This document shows, in pieces, positions 18,301 to 28,414 of a stretch of DNA of 64,000 nucleotides. The number at the start of each line of letters is the position of its first letter. Position 1 is the first letter of the stretch. The stretch spans positions 128,001 to 192,000 of the forward strand of contig OZ219866.1 of the NCBI GenBank assembly GCA_964291675.2. Direction: 5' to 3'. The translations under genes were made by a program, and so were the position numbers. Source of the stretch: Alphaproteobacteria bacterium (GTDB taxonomy: Bacteria; Pseudomonadota; Alphaproteobacteria; MPNO01). The notes below the pieces were generated by a model that did not search any database, was not told the DNA's origin, and worked only from the letters and a program-made list of their open reading frames with translations.

Positions 18301-20258
18301 ACGTTGACCTGCCAGGGTGTGAAGGCCGGCCTGTCGGCCATCGCCTCGTAATCGGCGAAGATGCAGGCACGTTCCTTATCGCCCATCAGCCCGCCCCGGA
18401 ACCGCGCAGCCGACGGCGTCTCCCCATGCACATGGATCAGGATGTCCTCGAGGTCCGGCTTCTGGCGCCGGATGCGGTCGACGCGGACGCTGCCCACGGC
18501 ATCGCGGATCAGGCGCAAGCCCGGACCCGCCTCCACCGGCTGCTGCTGACGGGTGTCGCCCGCGAACACCACCCGCGCGCCGTGGCGCTCGGCAAGCCGC
18601 AGGACGTGATGCGCCTGCCTCGTGGACAGCATCCCCGCCTCGTCCACCACGATGGTGCTGCTGCCGTCGATCTCGATGCCGTTCTTCGCCGCGAGCTTCA
18701 GCAGCTTGTCCACGCAGAAGGGGCGCGCATCGAGGTCGTTGCCGAGCGCCACCGCCGTGCGCCACGCCACCGCGGTGGCGATCACCGTGCCCCCGTGCTC
18801 GCGGCATAGATCGGCGATAGGTCTCAGCGTCGTGGTCTTGCCCGAGCCGGCCGCACCCTCCACGATCGCCACCCGGCCGCCCGCGCCGGCCACCGCGCGG
18901 ATCGCCGCGATCTGCTCCTCGCTCAGCGGATAACCTTGTTCCAAGAGCGATGCGATCTTCTCCTCGATCGCCTGGGCGGGGATGCCATGGCCGCTCTCCG
19001 CCGCCATGCCGGCGGCCATGTCGCGCAGCGCCTGCTCCATCTCCAGCGTGCGGCCCGTAGTGTAGAGCCTGGTATGGGCCATGTCCGCGCGGCCCTCGGC
19101 GGAGCGGGGGATGCGGGTCAGCCGCACCACCTCGGGATGGCGCATGACGCGCTCTGTCGTGGTCACCGCCGCCTCCCGGCCGAGCAATCCCGCCGTGGCG
19201 TTGCTCACGCGCTCCACCACGTCCGGAAGCCGGAACACCGCCTCTTCCCGGGTCAGACGCTCGGGCAGTGTCTCCAGCACGGCGGTGAGATCACGGATCT
19301 GCTCCTGTGTGATGTCTTCGGCCGTGTTCAACAACTCGGCGATCAGCGTCTCGCGCTCGCAGAAACCCTCGGCCTCGCCACGCCAGCGTCCGTGCCTGAT
19401 CTCCGGGTCGTTGTCCGGCGATTTGCCTGCCCGCGTGATCTTGTTCGCGGCCGCCGCACGCGCGGCGTTGCCCTCGACCTTGAACCCCAAGTCGTTCGCT
19501 GCATCGACGATCGCCGCCCGCCGCTTCGACCAGTGCGCCGCCAGGTCTTCCGGAACGCCTCCGATGCGGCTGAACTCCCCGTCCCGTCCGTATTGCTCCA
19601 TCGGCAGACCGAGTTGCCGCTGGAGGTTCCAGGCCAGCGCGTTCCGATAGACCGCGCCCGCCGCCTTCACCCAGCCGTAGACCGGGTGCTGATGCATGGC
19701 CCGCCACTTGCCGTCCTCGTGCGTCTTCGCGGCATTGAAGATCACGCAGTGGGTATGAAGCTGCGGGTCGTTGTCGCGGCTGGTGCCGTGCTGGAACATG
19801 GCCACCGCAATGTCGGCGGGCAGCACCTGAATCTGCCCGTCACGATCACGGATACGGGTCCAGGCGCAATGGCGGAACACCGTTTCTTCCAGCGCCACCC
19901 GCGCAGCGTCGTTGTGTGCAGCCTCGATCCGCGCCCTCAGTTCGGGATCGGCGATGGCCCATAGAGCCGAAATGCTCTTGTCCGCGCTGAAGGTCATGTC
20001 GAGGCCGGGCGAGCGTTTCTCGCTGCCCGCGTTCCGCGTCAGCTTACCCGAGCCGTCCGGCGCGAAGCCGTGGTAGAGGCGGTGGAAGTCCGCGCCGTCG
20101 ACCTTGCCGCCGTCCTCCAGGCCGAACAGGCCTTTCGGGTTGAACCATACTCCGTCTGGCTCCTCGCCGGCGGTGTAGTACTCGTTCGGATGGCGGAACG
20201 AGCGCTGGCTCTCCAGGTAATACGCGGCCGATGCGGCTTGGGCGAGGGTGGCTACCAT
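15336..20258 (-). CDS. MOBF (TrwC-type) conjugative relaxase fused to RecD-like helicase (TraA-like)
   Basis: N-terminal YY pairs (AAYYLE, NEYYT), DMTFSADKS, HGTSRDNDPQLHTH (3H motif), GAAGSGKTT, DEAGM, HGYALT...QGLTVD. Confidence 0.9.
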   Translation of the reverse strand: MVATLAQAASAAYYLESQRSFRHPNEYYTAGEEPDGVWFNPKGLFGLEDGGKVDGADFHRLYHGFAPDGSGKLTRNAGSEKRSPGLDMTFSADKSISALWAIADPELRARIEAAHNDAARVALEETVFRHCAWTRIRDRDGQIQVLPADIAVAMFQHGTSRDNDPQLHTHCVIFNAAKTHEDGKWRAMHQHPVYGWVKAAGAVYRNALAWNLQRQLGLPMEQYGRDGEFSRIGGVPEDLAAHWSKRRAAIVDAANDLGFKVEGNAARAAAANKITRAGKSPDNDPEIRHGRWRGEAEGFCERETLIAELLNTAEDITQEQIRDLTAVLETLPERLTREEAVFRLPDVVERVSNATAGLLGREAAVTTTERVMRHPEVVRLTRIPRSAEGRADMAHTRLYTTGRTLEMEQALRDMAAGMAAESGHGIPAQAIEEKIASLLEQGYPLSEEQIAAIRAVAGAGGRVAIVEGAAGSGKTTTLRPIADLCREHGGTVIATAVAWRTAVALGNDLDARPFCVDKLLKLAAKNGIEIDGSSTIVVDEAGMLSTRQAHHVLRLAERHGARVVFAGDTRQQQPVEAGPGLRLIRDAVGSVRVDRIRRQKPDLEDILIHVHGETPSAARFRGGLMGDKERACIFADYEAMADRPAFTPWQVNVSEALRDGDAADAIEAWHERGRFHLGYNEEKTLASLVDDWERYTRQHPEQSAVVLARTRAEVRALSHLMREKRFARRGEMDGQEIKRVTVMVSRGTEDDRTVSPLEIAVGDRLRIGATCWEKQLFNGTVVTVEDLEVLPRAAGTDPKGREREGPTSGEARDRPVDDAPVEIAARTYDGRRVAFRHDEIRDWYGNVRLDHGYALTIAAAQGLTVDKTYLLADDRPSRETIYPAATRHREEIDVYVNRAPLALDVADRRADSDREAPVMDGEIRTYLAERWSRARPKEAALDYLGDGEWEDLAGNVRRGQAVGAGLQDGDEVRAAANDNAMARIAHDMRRTAFAWRHGAAVDAFAAGRQEVVAAWDELRERSRAEGDAVALGDTYRETLDRHAALLKQAVPFRARPQAFAPLLAERAGIRSVDLDDFEQLHDRARRHRRSATMRKTHRARRETEREVSRVETYKDVRPAHGEAVDAASLVPPDWFASVPPPTEEDLAEIRAETAWGALEDLAPQAPEPPKPDWRSAWEPVVGEWNALIDRARQSGTIAFYTAGYAELIPRIRELTENPDVPADRRESLVLALENRERHVAARKRVEQFVDDAHRHGNRRAALEEAADQASVAVTQAPGYGKWRGTADRLLQEGKAILADRDTCGPHLDNIPAARERAEMALSGLGEAIRKDDEELAQTRREAYLRGQLTRALARLRFAPVTAPDIGAEPSRPGAGDDDTLARRTLWRLRRVHDWDGRLAESERQAATEAGTRASLARWESLRERWDRQVDRAEKEGVHVIYTDGYGTLRREMSSATRDDPYLAEGARSEIDRVIGLLDAPEELRGHVEKHRDAVLIQLERRDDMLDHVSAWDTRPAPDARRYDAWRDSVDRAVAEAEIEFANRRVYDIHLDGLTHRGEGLGSALSRVREVLREDDRYMAEALVPERKGDDPRRREERIAGLLDDPEKLRELHRRQIERREARKAARQRRKGRHQVRSMRM

Positions 20259-20664
20259 CGTGCGGGCCGCGGAACGGCACAATTGGCGTTGGCGATGCGC
20301 CCGAGCGACGGTTTCTTGCCTGAGACCGGAGCGACCGTAATCGCCATCGAAGAGAAATTCCCCATGAATGTCAGGGCGTTACCCGGACTGGCCAAACGGA
20401 GCGTCTCGGAGCCGTCTATACAACCGGCGATACATGCCTGCATCGCGCACTTTAGTGCAGAGGTGTGAGAGTCTTGCATATTCTCAGGATCGCTTGCTGA
20501 AGGCATCGTCAGCATATATCACGGCTGATGTGCAGGGCACAAGGTATTGTGGCGGTTGTTACGTGAATCTCAACATATATGGGTTGACGCGTTGACATGG
20601 CTGGTGGCCCGGTCGATCATGTGCCGGCTACAAATTGAGGTATACGGCGTAGGAGGCTCGTATC
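20259..20664. promoter_or_regulatory. Probable oriT / divergent promoter region
   Basis: About 400-bp lower-GC spacer between the divergent relaxase and accessory gene; short inverted repeats (e.g. TCAACATATATGGGTTGA). The nic site was not identified. Confidence 0.4.
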
Positions 20665-20967
20665 ATGGTCGCGAGGCGCTTCAACGAATCCGACATCGAC
20701 TTCGACGCCATAGACGCAGATCTGGCAAAGCTGGCACCGCCGAAGCTGAGCCTCAAGGATGTGCTGGACCGCCTTCGCGAGCGGATGCTCGAACAGAGGG
20801 CCAAGGGCGTCACGGTGACGCAGATGCACGAAGTGCTGAAGGCGCGAGGCATCGAGATCGGGGAACGGAGCCTGAAGACGTTCCTGGACAAGGGAGAGCT
20901 GCCGGGGAGGAAGGCGAGGACGGCGGCGCAGGCGGCGATGGCGGAGCCGGGCCAGGATCCATTCTGA
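20665..20967 (+). CDS. Small helical DNA-binding protein, probable relaxosome/mobilisation accessory
   Basis: GGAGG RBS; 100 aa with an HTH-like segment (GVTVTQMHEVLKARGIEIGERSLKTFL); divergent from the relaxase. Confidence 0.55.
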   Translation: MVARRFNESDIDFDAIDADLAKLAPPKLSLKDVLDRLRERMLEQRAKGVTVTQMHEVLKARGIEIGERSLKTFLDKGELPGRKARTAAQAAMAEPGQDPF

Positions 20968-21116
20968 GACCGATGCCGGAAACACGGATCGTGGCGGACA
21001 CGTAGAGGCACCGTGCCGTGCAATGGCAACACCGGTGACGGAGTAAGGGAAGCAGGTGCGTCGTCCTGTGCACGGCTGACATTGGCCCGCACGATTAAGA
21101 CGCGGGAAAGCGCGAC

Positions 21117-22475
21117 ATGCTCTGTCTGGTGACCAAGTACAGACTGTGCGTCGTGCGGGAGCTCTCGGAAGCAGAGGCCGAGGCGGTCAGGGATCCGCTA
21201 CGTGACGACTCGACGGCGGCGTTGGCGCTGGCCGTTCTCAGGGAGGGGAGGGAGAACGATCTATGGCTCCGGTGCGACTGCCGGATCGACATCGACGACG
21301 ATCCCCTCCTGGCACCGTGCCGCATGCCAATGGGCGCCGGGTACTCGTGGCGAAGGCTCCAAGGCGAAAACCGTCCGCAGCATCGGGAGGGCTGCGAATT
21401 CTACCGGGAGAGCCGCGAGGAGCGCGCCCAGGGGAACTGGCTCCGGGCGGCGCGCACGCCGCCGGAGGGGTATTTTGCGGCGCTGTGCGCCCGCAAGGGC
21501 GGCGAATCGGCGGAGTTGGATACTGACGAGGACGGTACGGCGTTGACCGATCCCCTCCATGCGCCGGAGGACGGGGACAGGGAACCGGGGAAGCGGCAGA
21601 TGCCGGCAGTGCGTGGGCTCTTGTGCCGGTTGCTGGAGACGGCCGGCCTCACGCGGGTGCGGGCGAACGAGCCCCCACCGGGTATCGTTGGGTGGACGGA
21701 AGGCATGAGTGCCGCGGCGAAGACAATCGAGGTCGCGCCCGGACATCCGTTGGATGGGCTCCTGTTCCCGTGGCGCACCGGCTGGGACCGGGAGCGCGTG
21801 CATGCGCGGGTTCGGGAGGCCGCGTGGGACTTCCCGCAGGGCCACGTGCCGCAGGGCTTCGTGTGCTTTCCGGTGCTTAAGGTGGAAGAGAAGTCACTAC
21901 CGGCGACCAGCAAGTACGGGGAGCTGGAAGTGGTCTCGCCGATCAGGCGGCCGACGATCGGCGGGCGCGCCGTGTCGGGCCCCTACCTGTTCTTCGGTGT
22001 GGTGGCGCTGATCACCAGGCGGCGCGGCTACGAGTGCGTGCGGGGCTGGGCGCAGCCCATCGTGTCGGTCCACCGTCCCGTGCCGGTGGACTCGGACTAC
22101 GAGCGCCGGGCCTTCGCTACACTCACGACGACGCTGTCGATATTGGACAGGGAATTCCCGGATGCCGGGTTCACGATGGAGAAGCCGGTGTTCGATATAG
22201 ACACTGAGCAAGGGCCGTGCCGGCCGGACTTCCTCATCAGGGCGCGGCGAGAGGGTGAGGTGCGAACCTGGGTGGTCGAGGTGATGGGCTTCGAGCGGCC
22301 GGACTATCTCGCCGGCAAGGAGGTCACGCACGAGCGCATGGAGGAGCTGGGACCCGTCATACTCATGGACGGGAAGCGGTTCGAACGAGATCTGACCGCC
22401 GAAGGCCGCAGGGTGACGGAACGGATTCGCGCCGACATGGAGGCGGAGTGGCCTGGGCGAGGCCAGGAATGCTGA
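21117..22475 (+). CDS. DUF1173-like protein: N-terminal Cys/His cluster plus C-terminal PD-(D/E)XK-like nuclease
   Basis: WLRCDC...H.EGCEF; PVDSDYER...RPDFLI...VVEVMG. Confidence 0.6.
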   Translation: MLCLVTKYRLCVVRELSEAEAEAVRDPLRDDSTAALALAVLREGRENDLWLRCDCRIDIDDDPLLAPCRMPMGAGYSWRRLQGENRPQHREGCEFYRESREERAQGNWLRAARTPPEGYFAALCARKGGESAELDTDEDGTALTDPLHAPEDGDREPGKRQMPAVRGLLCRLLETAGLTRVRANEPPPGIVGWTEGMSAAAKTIEVAPGHPLDGLLFPWRTGWDRERVHARVREAAWDFPQGHVPQGFVCFPVLKVEEKSLPATSKYGELEVVSPIRRPTIGGRAVSGPYLFFGVVALITRRRGYECVRGWAQPIVSVHRPVPVDSDYERRAFATLTTTLSILDREFPDAGFTMEKPVFDIDTEQGPCRPDFLIRARREGEVRTWVVEVMGFERPDYLAGKEVTHERMEELGPVILMDGKRFERDLTAEGRRVTERIRADMEAEWPGRGQEC

Positions 22476-22627
22476 CACGACTTGGACTGGTCGTCCGGCC
22501 TCGGCGCGTCGATTGCGGAGAGAATTTTGTTGGCAGGGCCCAAGCCAGAAGCTGACCGTAAGGTATTCTGGATTGCTTCAAATTGCGGGCTTCGACTACC
22601 ACGAACCGGAGACACAGGAAGAAAGGT

Positions 22628-25600
22628 ATGTACGCTCGATCGCTCTGTACGTGGCTGAACGCAAACCAAGAGATCGTCGCCCATTCGCTCGGCGAGGTGC
22701 GGTCGTTCCTTGAAGAACTCAAGCACGGTACGAAGAAGTACAAAACCATCGCGAGTCTCAGCGGACAGATCGCAGAAGCCTATCGGGGCAGATGTGTGCT
22801 GGAACTCCTGCAGAACGCTCACGACGCACTGACGGATTCGCTGGCAGATGATCCCGGACGAGTCACCTTCTTGCTGGAGACCGGGCCGAGCCCGCTACTT
22901 CTTGTGGCCAACAGTGGTCACGCGTTTGAGCGAAAGGACTTTAAGGGCCTTTGTCAGCTCGGACAGAGCCCGAAGGACCCGAACAAGAGCGTCGGTAACA
23001 AAGGGCTGGGTTTCCGCAGTGTGCTGGAAGTGGCATCGGCCCCGGAGATCTGGTCTACGGCGGCCACGGAGGGAGACCCCGCATTTGTCTTCCGCTTTGA
23101 GCCGGGCGTTCGCGAGAGGGTAGCCGCTGCGCTCATCGACTTAAACGCGAACGGAGTCGATGCCCGCTCGCCGTTCGACAGCTCGGAGCGGTTGGTCGAC
23201 TGGACAGAGGATCAGCTTCGAAGGTACCGAGATCGGCTGGCAGAAGAGGGCTTGGACGGTCCCGAAGAGGCAAGAGCCTTCCTGTCGCCCTATGACATCC
23301 CCCTGCCGATAAATGAGCGACGAGATGTAGTGGACGAATTGCTGGGCGACGGGCACGTGACCGTCGTGTGTCTGCCACTGGACGGTGGTCGAACCGGCGA
23401 TCGTCAGGCCGCGGTAGCCTCCGTGCTGTCCCAACTCGAAGGTCTCCTTGATATCTCGACTACGCTGTTTTTGCCAAAGCTAAGAAAACTCGTCGTCGGG
23501 ATCGACGACGAAAGGACCGTAGTGCAACGGACGGTGGAAGCGGATAGCGCGTTCGGCGGATACGGACGCGGCCGATATCAGGGGGTGGAGATTTCGCGCA
23601 CGACTCCGACTGATGAAATCCAAACGGGTCGCTTTCGCGTTTGGACACGAGGTCTTGGCGGCAAAGGTGACGCACGGTGGGCAACACGCATTCGCGAGGC
23701 CGTGCAGCACCTCCCGAACAAATGGCCCGAAGTAGACTCTGTAGAGGTGGGGGTGGCCGTCCGGGAGGGAGAAGAAGGCACGGAGGGACGCTTCGTGATT
23801 TTCCTGCCGACTGAGATGGCGACGGGGACGGGAGCGCATATCAACGCGCCGTACTTCGGTTCGCTGGACCGCCGTCGGATTCAGTTCAATGACGAGTATA
23901 ACCGGATGCTGCTCGAATGCGTGGTCGATCTGTCACTGGACGCAGTCCGCGATTTGGCGGCAGGGGAACCGGAGGACGCGGGCGGGCGCGCGATAGTCGA
24001 CATTCTCGCATCACGCGGCGACGTAGGCGAGACCGGCAAGAGCATGCTGAGCATGTTATGCGAGCGGGCAGCGAGCGGGGGCACCCCACTCAATGAACAG
24101 CAGCTATTTCTGTGCGATGGTGGCTGGACTACCTCTGCCGACGCGAGATTGATGCCTCAGGTCGCCGACGGACTGGCGATTGGTGCGGACGAATGGCGAC
24201 AGGCGGCGGAGTTCGCAGTGGTATCCAGCACTCTGGATGGACGCGAGTCGGAGGTCAACGGGCTGCTCGAGAGTCTCAGTGGTTCGGCGGTGCCCACAAG
24301 CACCGAGTGGACACGGACGGTGGAACGAGTGGCGCTGCGCGTGCAGTCGGGTGAGATCGAGGCGAGCTGGGACGGCTTCCTTACAAGCGTGCTGGAAGTC
24401 CTTCCGTGGGATCTCAAGCGGGAACCGAAAGGCAGTGCCGGGGATGCGCTTACGTCGGCGAAATTTTTGCCGGACCAAGACGAGCGCCTGATCAGCGCTG
24501 ACGACGCGGTCCGGGTCTTTTTCCAACCGATCGTTGGGATCGACGACGCGGCGGAGCTAGTCGACACCGTGCCTGATTCCCTCAAAGAGCGGATTGCGTT
24601 TATCCACGGCGAGGTCCGAACACACGAGGAAGGCACGCGGCGAAGCACGGAGGTGCATAAGTTCCTCGACGGCCGGTTCGCAAGAGGGTTCAGGCGCGAG
24701 GAGATCGTGCGCGACGTGGTCTTGGCGGCGCTGCCGTCGATGCCCGCGGCGTTGGAGAGCGCCGATGCATGGCTGTGCGGGGAACTGTTGGGTTGGACGC
24801 TTGGGCTCCTCGGAGAGGAGCCGTCGGAAGCACTGGTCATGATGCTCAAAGATCTCCCGCTGGCGTGCCACGGCGGCTGGCGTCCGGCGCGGGAGGCCAG
24901 CTTCGGACCCGGTTGGACGGGAGAGGCCGGTGAGGACCTGTGGGCACTCTGCGAGGAACTTCCTGGGGACGCAGCGGTGCGACTGCGCGAGACGGTGTTG
25001 CTGAATCCGGGGGATCCCCGATGGGGGCTAGACGTTGAAGGGCGGGATAGCCTGTTCGCGCGCGTCGGGGTTGCAAATGGCCTTCGGCTCGCACCGGTGG
25101 ACGATGTGCGGTTCGATATGGCCGCACACGAATACGAACTGCCGAAGTCTGCGCCGGCCGGTGTCGACGATACCGCGTGGGAGCATTGGCGAATGGCGAT
25201 CAGCCCTCAGGCCAAGCCCTACCATGTCGGTTGGTTCCAATATTCTCTGGAGCGCGTCTATCAATTGACCGAACTCCACGACTTCGCCGGGTTGAGTCAG
25301 CGAGGGCGCCGAGCGTTTTCAAGGCTTGTGCTCAACTCGATACGTGGCTGGCCCGAGGGATGGGAGAAAGCCAGCATTAGGAAAGTGAATGGTGAATGGA
25401 GGACTTGGTCGATCACATCGCCGTTGAAGCATTGGTTAAGCACAATTCCTTGGTTATCGGACGGAGCCGCCGGGGAGCGGGTGCTTTGTGATCGCTGGCT
25501 CGTGCCGAATTCTCTTCTTCGTGGCCAGCGAGAACGGTTTAGTCACTTGCGTCCTCTGTCGCTAAATTTGTCGCGGTGGCTTGAAGGCGATTCGGAGCTG

Positions 25601-28105
25601 CGGGAGACGCTCGTGCGGTTGGGGCTAAACGTGTATCCCACCGATGGGGAGCGGAGCGGGCCGGAACTACTTGATGCGTTGGCCGGGGCGTGGCGTGAGA
25701 AGAGGGTACTACCGGGACGGTTCAACGTGTTCCTGGGTCAAATACGCCACGCATGGCAACACCTCGACGAGGACAAGGGACTCCCGAGCGCTTTTCTTGT
25801 GAGGACCGCCCGCCGCCACTTCGAATTGTTGGATAGGGACGATCTCAGCAGAGTCTATCTGCCCAACGAAACCGTCAAGGGACGCTCTCTTCGGGAGGAA
25901 CAGAAGCCCGTGCTGGAGATGGAAGTCCGGGATGCGCGTCGGCTAACACCGATCCTGGTCAAGACCACAGCCGTCCGGCTGGCGTCCGAACTTGCAGAAC
26001 GAGATCTGATCGACGGTGTGGAATGGACGGGGGGCTCTGACGCAGCGCATGCGTTGGAAGAGACGCGCTACCGCTGGTTGCCGACTCCGCTGCTGGCGAT
26101 TCTGGCGCACGGGGGTCCGAACCCGACTGGCGACGCCACGAAGGGCTGGAAGGACGCGCTTGACAGACTGCGAGGTTCGAGGGTCGTTGAGTGTCAGACC
26201 ATTGAGGTCGAGTTGGTGGACGGGGAAGAGACGATAGCTAAGAGGGAACCGCCCGCACGGTGGCTCGCGGGAGACGTACTGGCCGTCACTCCCGAAATCA
26301 GCGATTCCTATGAAGCGCTCGCGCCGGCCGCGCAAGCGATGCTCGACCGTCAGGACTTGCTTAAGGACTTACGGCTAGTGCTGGGAGCGCTCAATGGAGT
26401 GGAAGTACCTTCGCTCCACGAAGTCGAGGACGCGCTGGAACGGGCCGAGATCGACGCTCAGGCCTTCGCCGACATTCGTAGCCGCTGGGCTGGGAACATG
26501 GGGTTGATCGCCAGTCGGATTAGGCCGGTTGTGGCATTGCTTGGGATCGGAGGCGAAGAGTTCGAGGTGGCGGTTGAGGACATGGACCGTTTGATCGATT
26601 GGTTGACGGACAACGTACCGGCATGGGAAGCGACCAAACTAATTTCGGCTGCACGCCGCAGCCGAGATGACCATGCGATGGGAATTGCGGCGTGGCATGC
26701 GTTGGGCAACGCGGCTCAGTTGCCGGCGTGGAACGCAGTGCTAGAGCAACTGGGAGATGAGTACGAGACGGTCGAGAACAAGGAAGTTAAAGAACAAACG
26801 TCTGCGCTTCTGGAAGAGGCGCAGGCTTTGTTGGCAGCACTCGCGCGCAAGATCGCGATCGATTGCGGCGAGCCGATGGCGTTCCGAAGGATCGAAGACG
26901 CGACACGCGCTTTCACTGCACCTGGCGACTGGTCGAAACGGTGGTGGACGGTTCCATTCGAGGCCGTGGTCGGCGCCCTCCGCGAGAGCTACCAGAAAAT
27001 CATCGACGCGCGGTATCTGGAGGCACTTCCAGGAGCGACGTCGAGTGGTGCTCTTCGGGTTGCCCTAGAGGAACGAGGGATCGGAATCGACCCGGACCCC
27101 TACGAAACGGCCCGTGTCAATGGCAACCAATTCAAGAAAGTGCTGCTGGAAGCGCACGACTTGTATCGAATATGGCTTGAGGTTCAACACCCAGGGTCAG
27201 GAGCGCCCGAATTGCCTTCCGTCCCCGAACTAGGGGCGGAGGCGTACCTTGTCCAGTGGTCTGATTCTGACCTGTGGCATCTTGCATTGGCAAGACTGGG
27301 CGACGATCGGTTCACCGTAGCTTGCGGTGGGTCGTCGGATCCGCAGACGCTCAGGGTTCGGCTGGGCCTGGACGAGGAAGCTCTCAAGAATAGGCGACAG
27401 GAACGGGCGGAGCGGGAAAAAGAAGCGGCACGGAAGCAAAGGATCGTGGAAATCGCAGGAGACTCCTTCGAGATCGGGAGGATCGACTACGGGGAGCTCC
27501 TACGGCAGCATGCCAAGATGCTGGAACACCCAGCCGGCCCGCGTGCAAGCGAGGACGAGTTCACGCCGCTCGGTCTGGTGTCGGGCCATCGCGGTTCCAG
27601 TGGCGGCGGGGGAAAAAAGGGCAAGAGTGGGCATCGGCACCTGTCTCCGGAAGAAACCGAAGTGATCGGGATCGTCGGGGAGATGCATGCCTACAGATTT
27701 CTGCGCAAGGAGTTTGGAGGCCGAGCGGTTCGCGCGAGCGCTTGGGTCTCGGAGTTGCGGTTGAAAGTTCTTCCCCTCGTAGAAGGCGAGAAGGACGAGA
27801 TCAGCGACGGACACGGCTTCGACTTCCGGTTCAACCACAACGGCATCCGATGGTACGTCGAGGTGAAGGCAACGAAGGCGGAGGGGTCGTCCTTCGATCT
27901 GGGCATCAGCGAGATCGAAGCAGCGACCAGTATTGCAAGGCGCCGTAGCGACACCTGGCGATGGCGGATTCTAAGGGTGCGAAACGCCCTCTCGGAAAAC
28001 CCGGAGATCGATTGGCTGCCGAATCCGTTTGAGGAGGGATTCAGGAACCACTACCGTCTACATCGGGGCGGGATGGTCGTCACTTACGCACGGGAGCGGG
28101 ACTAG
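22628..28105 (+). CDS. Large sacsin-like GHKL ATPase with C-terminal DUF3883 (NOV) PD-(D/E)XK nuclease
   Basis: LELLQNAHDA, VANSG, NKGLGFRSV, HINAPY; C-terminal GIVGEMHAY...DGHGFDF...YVEVKAT; GAAAGG RBS before ATG 22628. Confidence 0.85.
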   Translation: MYARSLCTWLNANQEIVAHSLGEVRSFLEELKHGTKKYKTIASLSGQIAEAYRGRCVLELLQNAHDALTDSLADDPGRVTFLLETGPSPLLLVANSGHAFERKDFKGLCQLGQSPKDPNKSVGNKGLGFRSVLEVASAPEIWSTAATEGDPAFVFRFEPGVRERVAAALIDLNANGVDARSPFDSSERLVDWTEDQLRRYRDRLAEEGLDGPEEARAFLSPYDIPLPINERRDVVDELLGDGHVTVVCLPLDGGRTGDRQAAVASVLSQLEGLLDISTTLFLPKLRKLVVGIDDERTVVQRTVEADSAFGGYGRGRYQGVEISRTTPTDEIQTGRFRVWTRGLGGKGDARWATRIREAVQHLPNKWPEVDSVEVGVAVREGEEGTEGRFVIFLPTEMATGTGAHINAPYFGSLDRRRIQFNDEYNRMLLECVVDLSLDAVRDLAAGEPEDAGGRAIVDILASRGDVGETGKSMLSMLCERAASGGTPLNEQQLFLCDGGWTTSADARLMPQVADGLAIGADEWRQAAEFAVVSSTLDGRESEVNGLLESLSGSAVPTSTEWTRTVERVALRVQSGEIEASWDGFLTSVLEVLPWDLKREPKGSAGDALTSAKFLPDQDERLISADDAVRVFFQPIVGIDDAAELVDTVPDSLKERIAFIHGEVRTHEEGTRRSTEVHKFLDGRFARGFRREEIVRDVVLAALPSMPAALESADAWLCGELLGWTLGLLGEEPSEALVMMLKDLPLACHGGWRPAREASFGPGWTGEAGEDLWALCEELPGDAAVRLRETVLLNPGDPRWGLDVEGRDSLFARVGVANGLRLAPVDDVRFDMAAHEYELPKSAPAGVDDTAWEHWRMAISPQAKPYHVGWFQYSLERVYQLTELHDFAGLSQRGRRAFSRLVLNSIRGWPEGWEKASIRKVNGEWRTWSITSPLKHWLSTIPWLSDGAAGERVLCDRWLVPNSLLRGQRERFSHLRPLSLNLSRWLEGDSELRETLVRLGLNVYPTDGERSGPELLDALAGAWREKRVLPGRFNVFLGQIRHAWQHLDEDKGLPSAFLVRTARRHFELLDRDDLSRVYLPNETVKGRSLREEQKPVLEMEVRDARRLTPILVKTTAVRLASELAERDLIDGVEWTGGSDAAHALEETRYRWLPTPLLAILAHGGPNPTGDATKGWKDALDRLRGSRVVECQTIEVELVDGEETIAKREPPARWLAGDVLAVTPEISDSYEALAPAAQAMLDRQDLLKDLRLVLGALNGVEVPSLHEVEDALERAEIDAQAFADIRSRWAGNMGLIASRIRPVVALLGIGGEEFEVAVEDMDRLIDWLTDNVPAWEATKLISAARRSRDDHAMGIAAWHALGNAAQLPAWNAVLEQLGDEYETVENKEVKEQTSALLEEAQALLAALARKIAIDCGEPMAFRRIEDATRAFTAPGDWSKRWWTVPFEAVVGALRESYQKIIDARYLEALPGATSSGALRVALEERGIGIDPDPYETARVNGNQFKKVLLEAHDLYRIWLEVQHPGSGAPELPSVPELGAEAYLVQWSDSDLWHLALARLGDDRFTVACGGSSDPQTLRVRLGLDEEALKNRRQERAEREKEAARKQRIVEIAGDSFEIGRIDYGELLRQHAKMLEHPAGPRASEDEFTPLGLVSGHRGSSGGGGKKGKSGHRHLSPEETEVIGIVGEMHAYRFLRKEFGGRAVRASAWVSELRLKVLPLVEGEKDEISDGHGFDFRFNHNGIRWYVEVKATKAEGSSFDLGISEIEAATSIARRRSDTWRWRILRVRNALSENPEIDWLPNPFEEGFRNHYRLHRGGMVVTYARERD

Positions 28106-28414
28106 TCTGGAGGCCGTGGTTGTGCGAGAAGAACCTGTCCGTGGCGCCCAACGACCCCAAGATCGTGACCTTTCCTTGGGTCGAGATTCCGAGCCTCGGC
28201 TCGTACTTCCTCGCCATCGTGTGCCGACGCGTACCCCGGGACTAATCCTCCCCCGGTGGATCGGCCTGCCGTGAGCGGGGAGCCATCGCCGTGTGGATCG
28301 CCATGGGCGGATTGCGACAGGCGATGAGGGATGCCATCCCGACGCGCTGCGCGCGGCGGGAGTGTGGCTCGGGTGCGGTGTTGACCGATAGAAAAAGTTG
28401 AGGGAACCAGGAAA

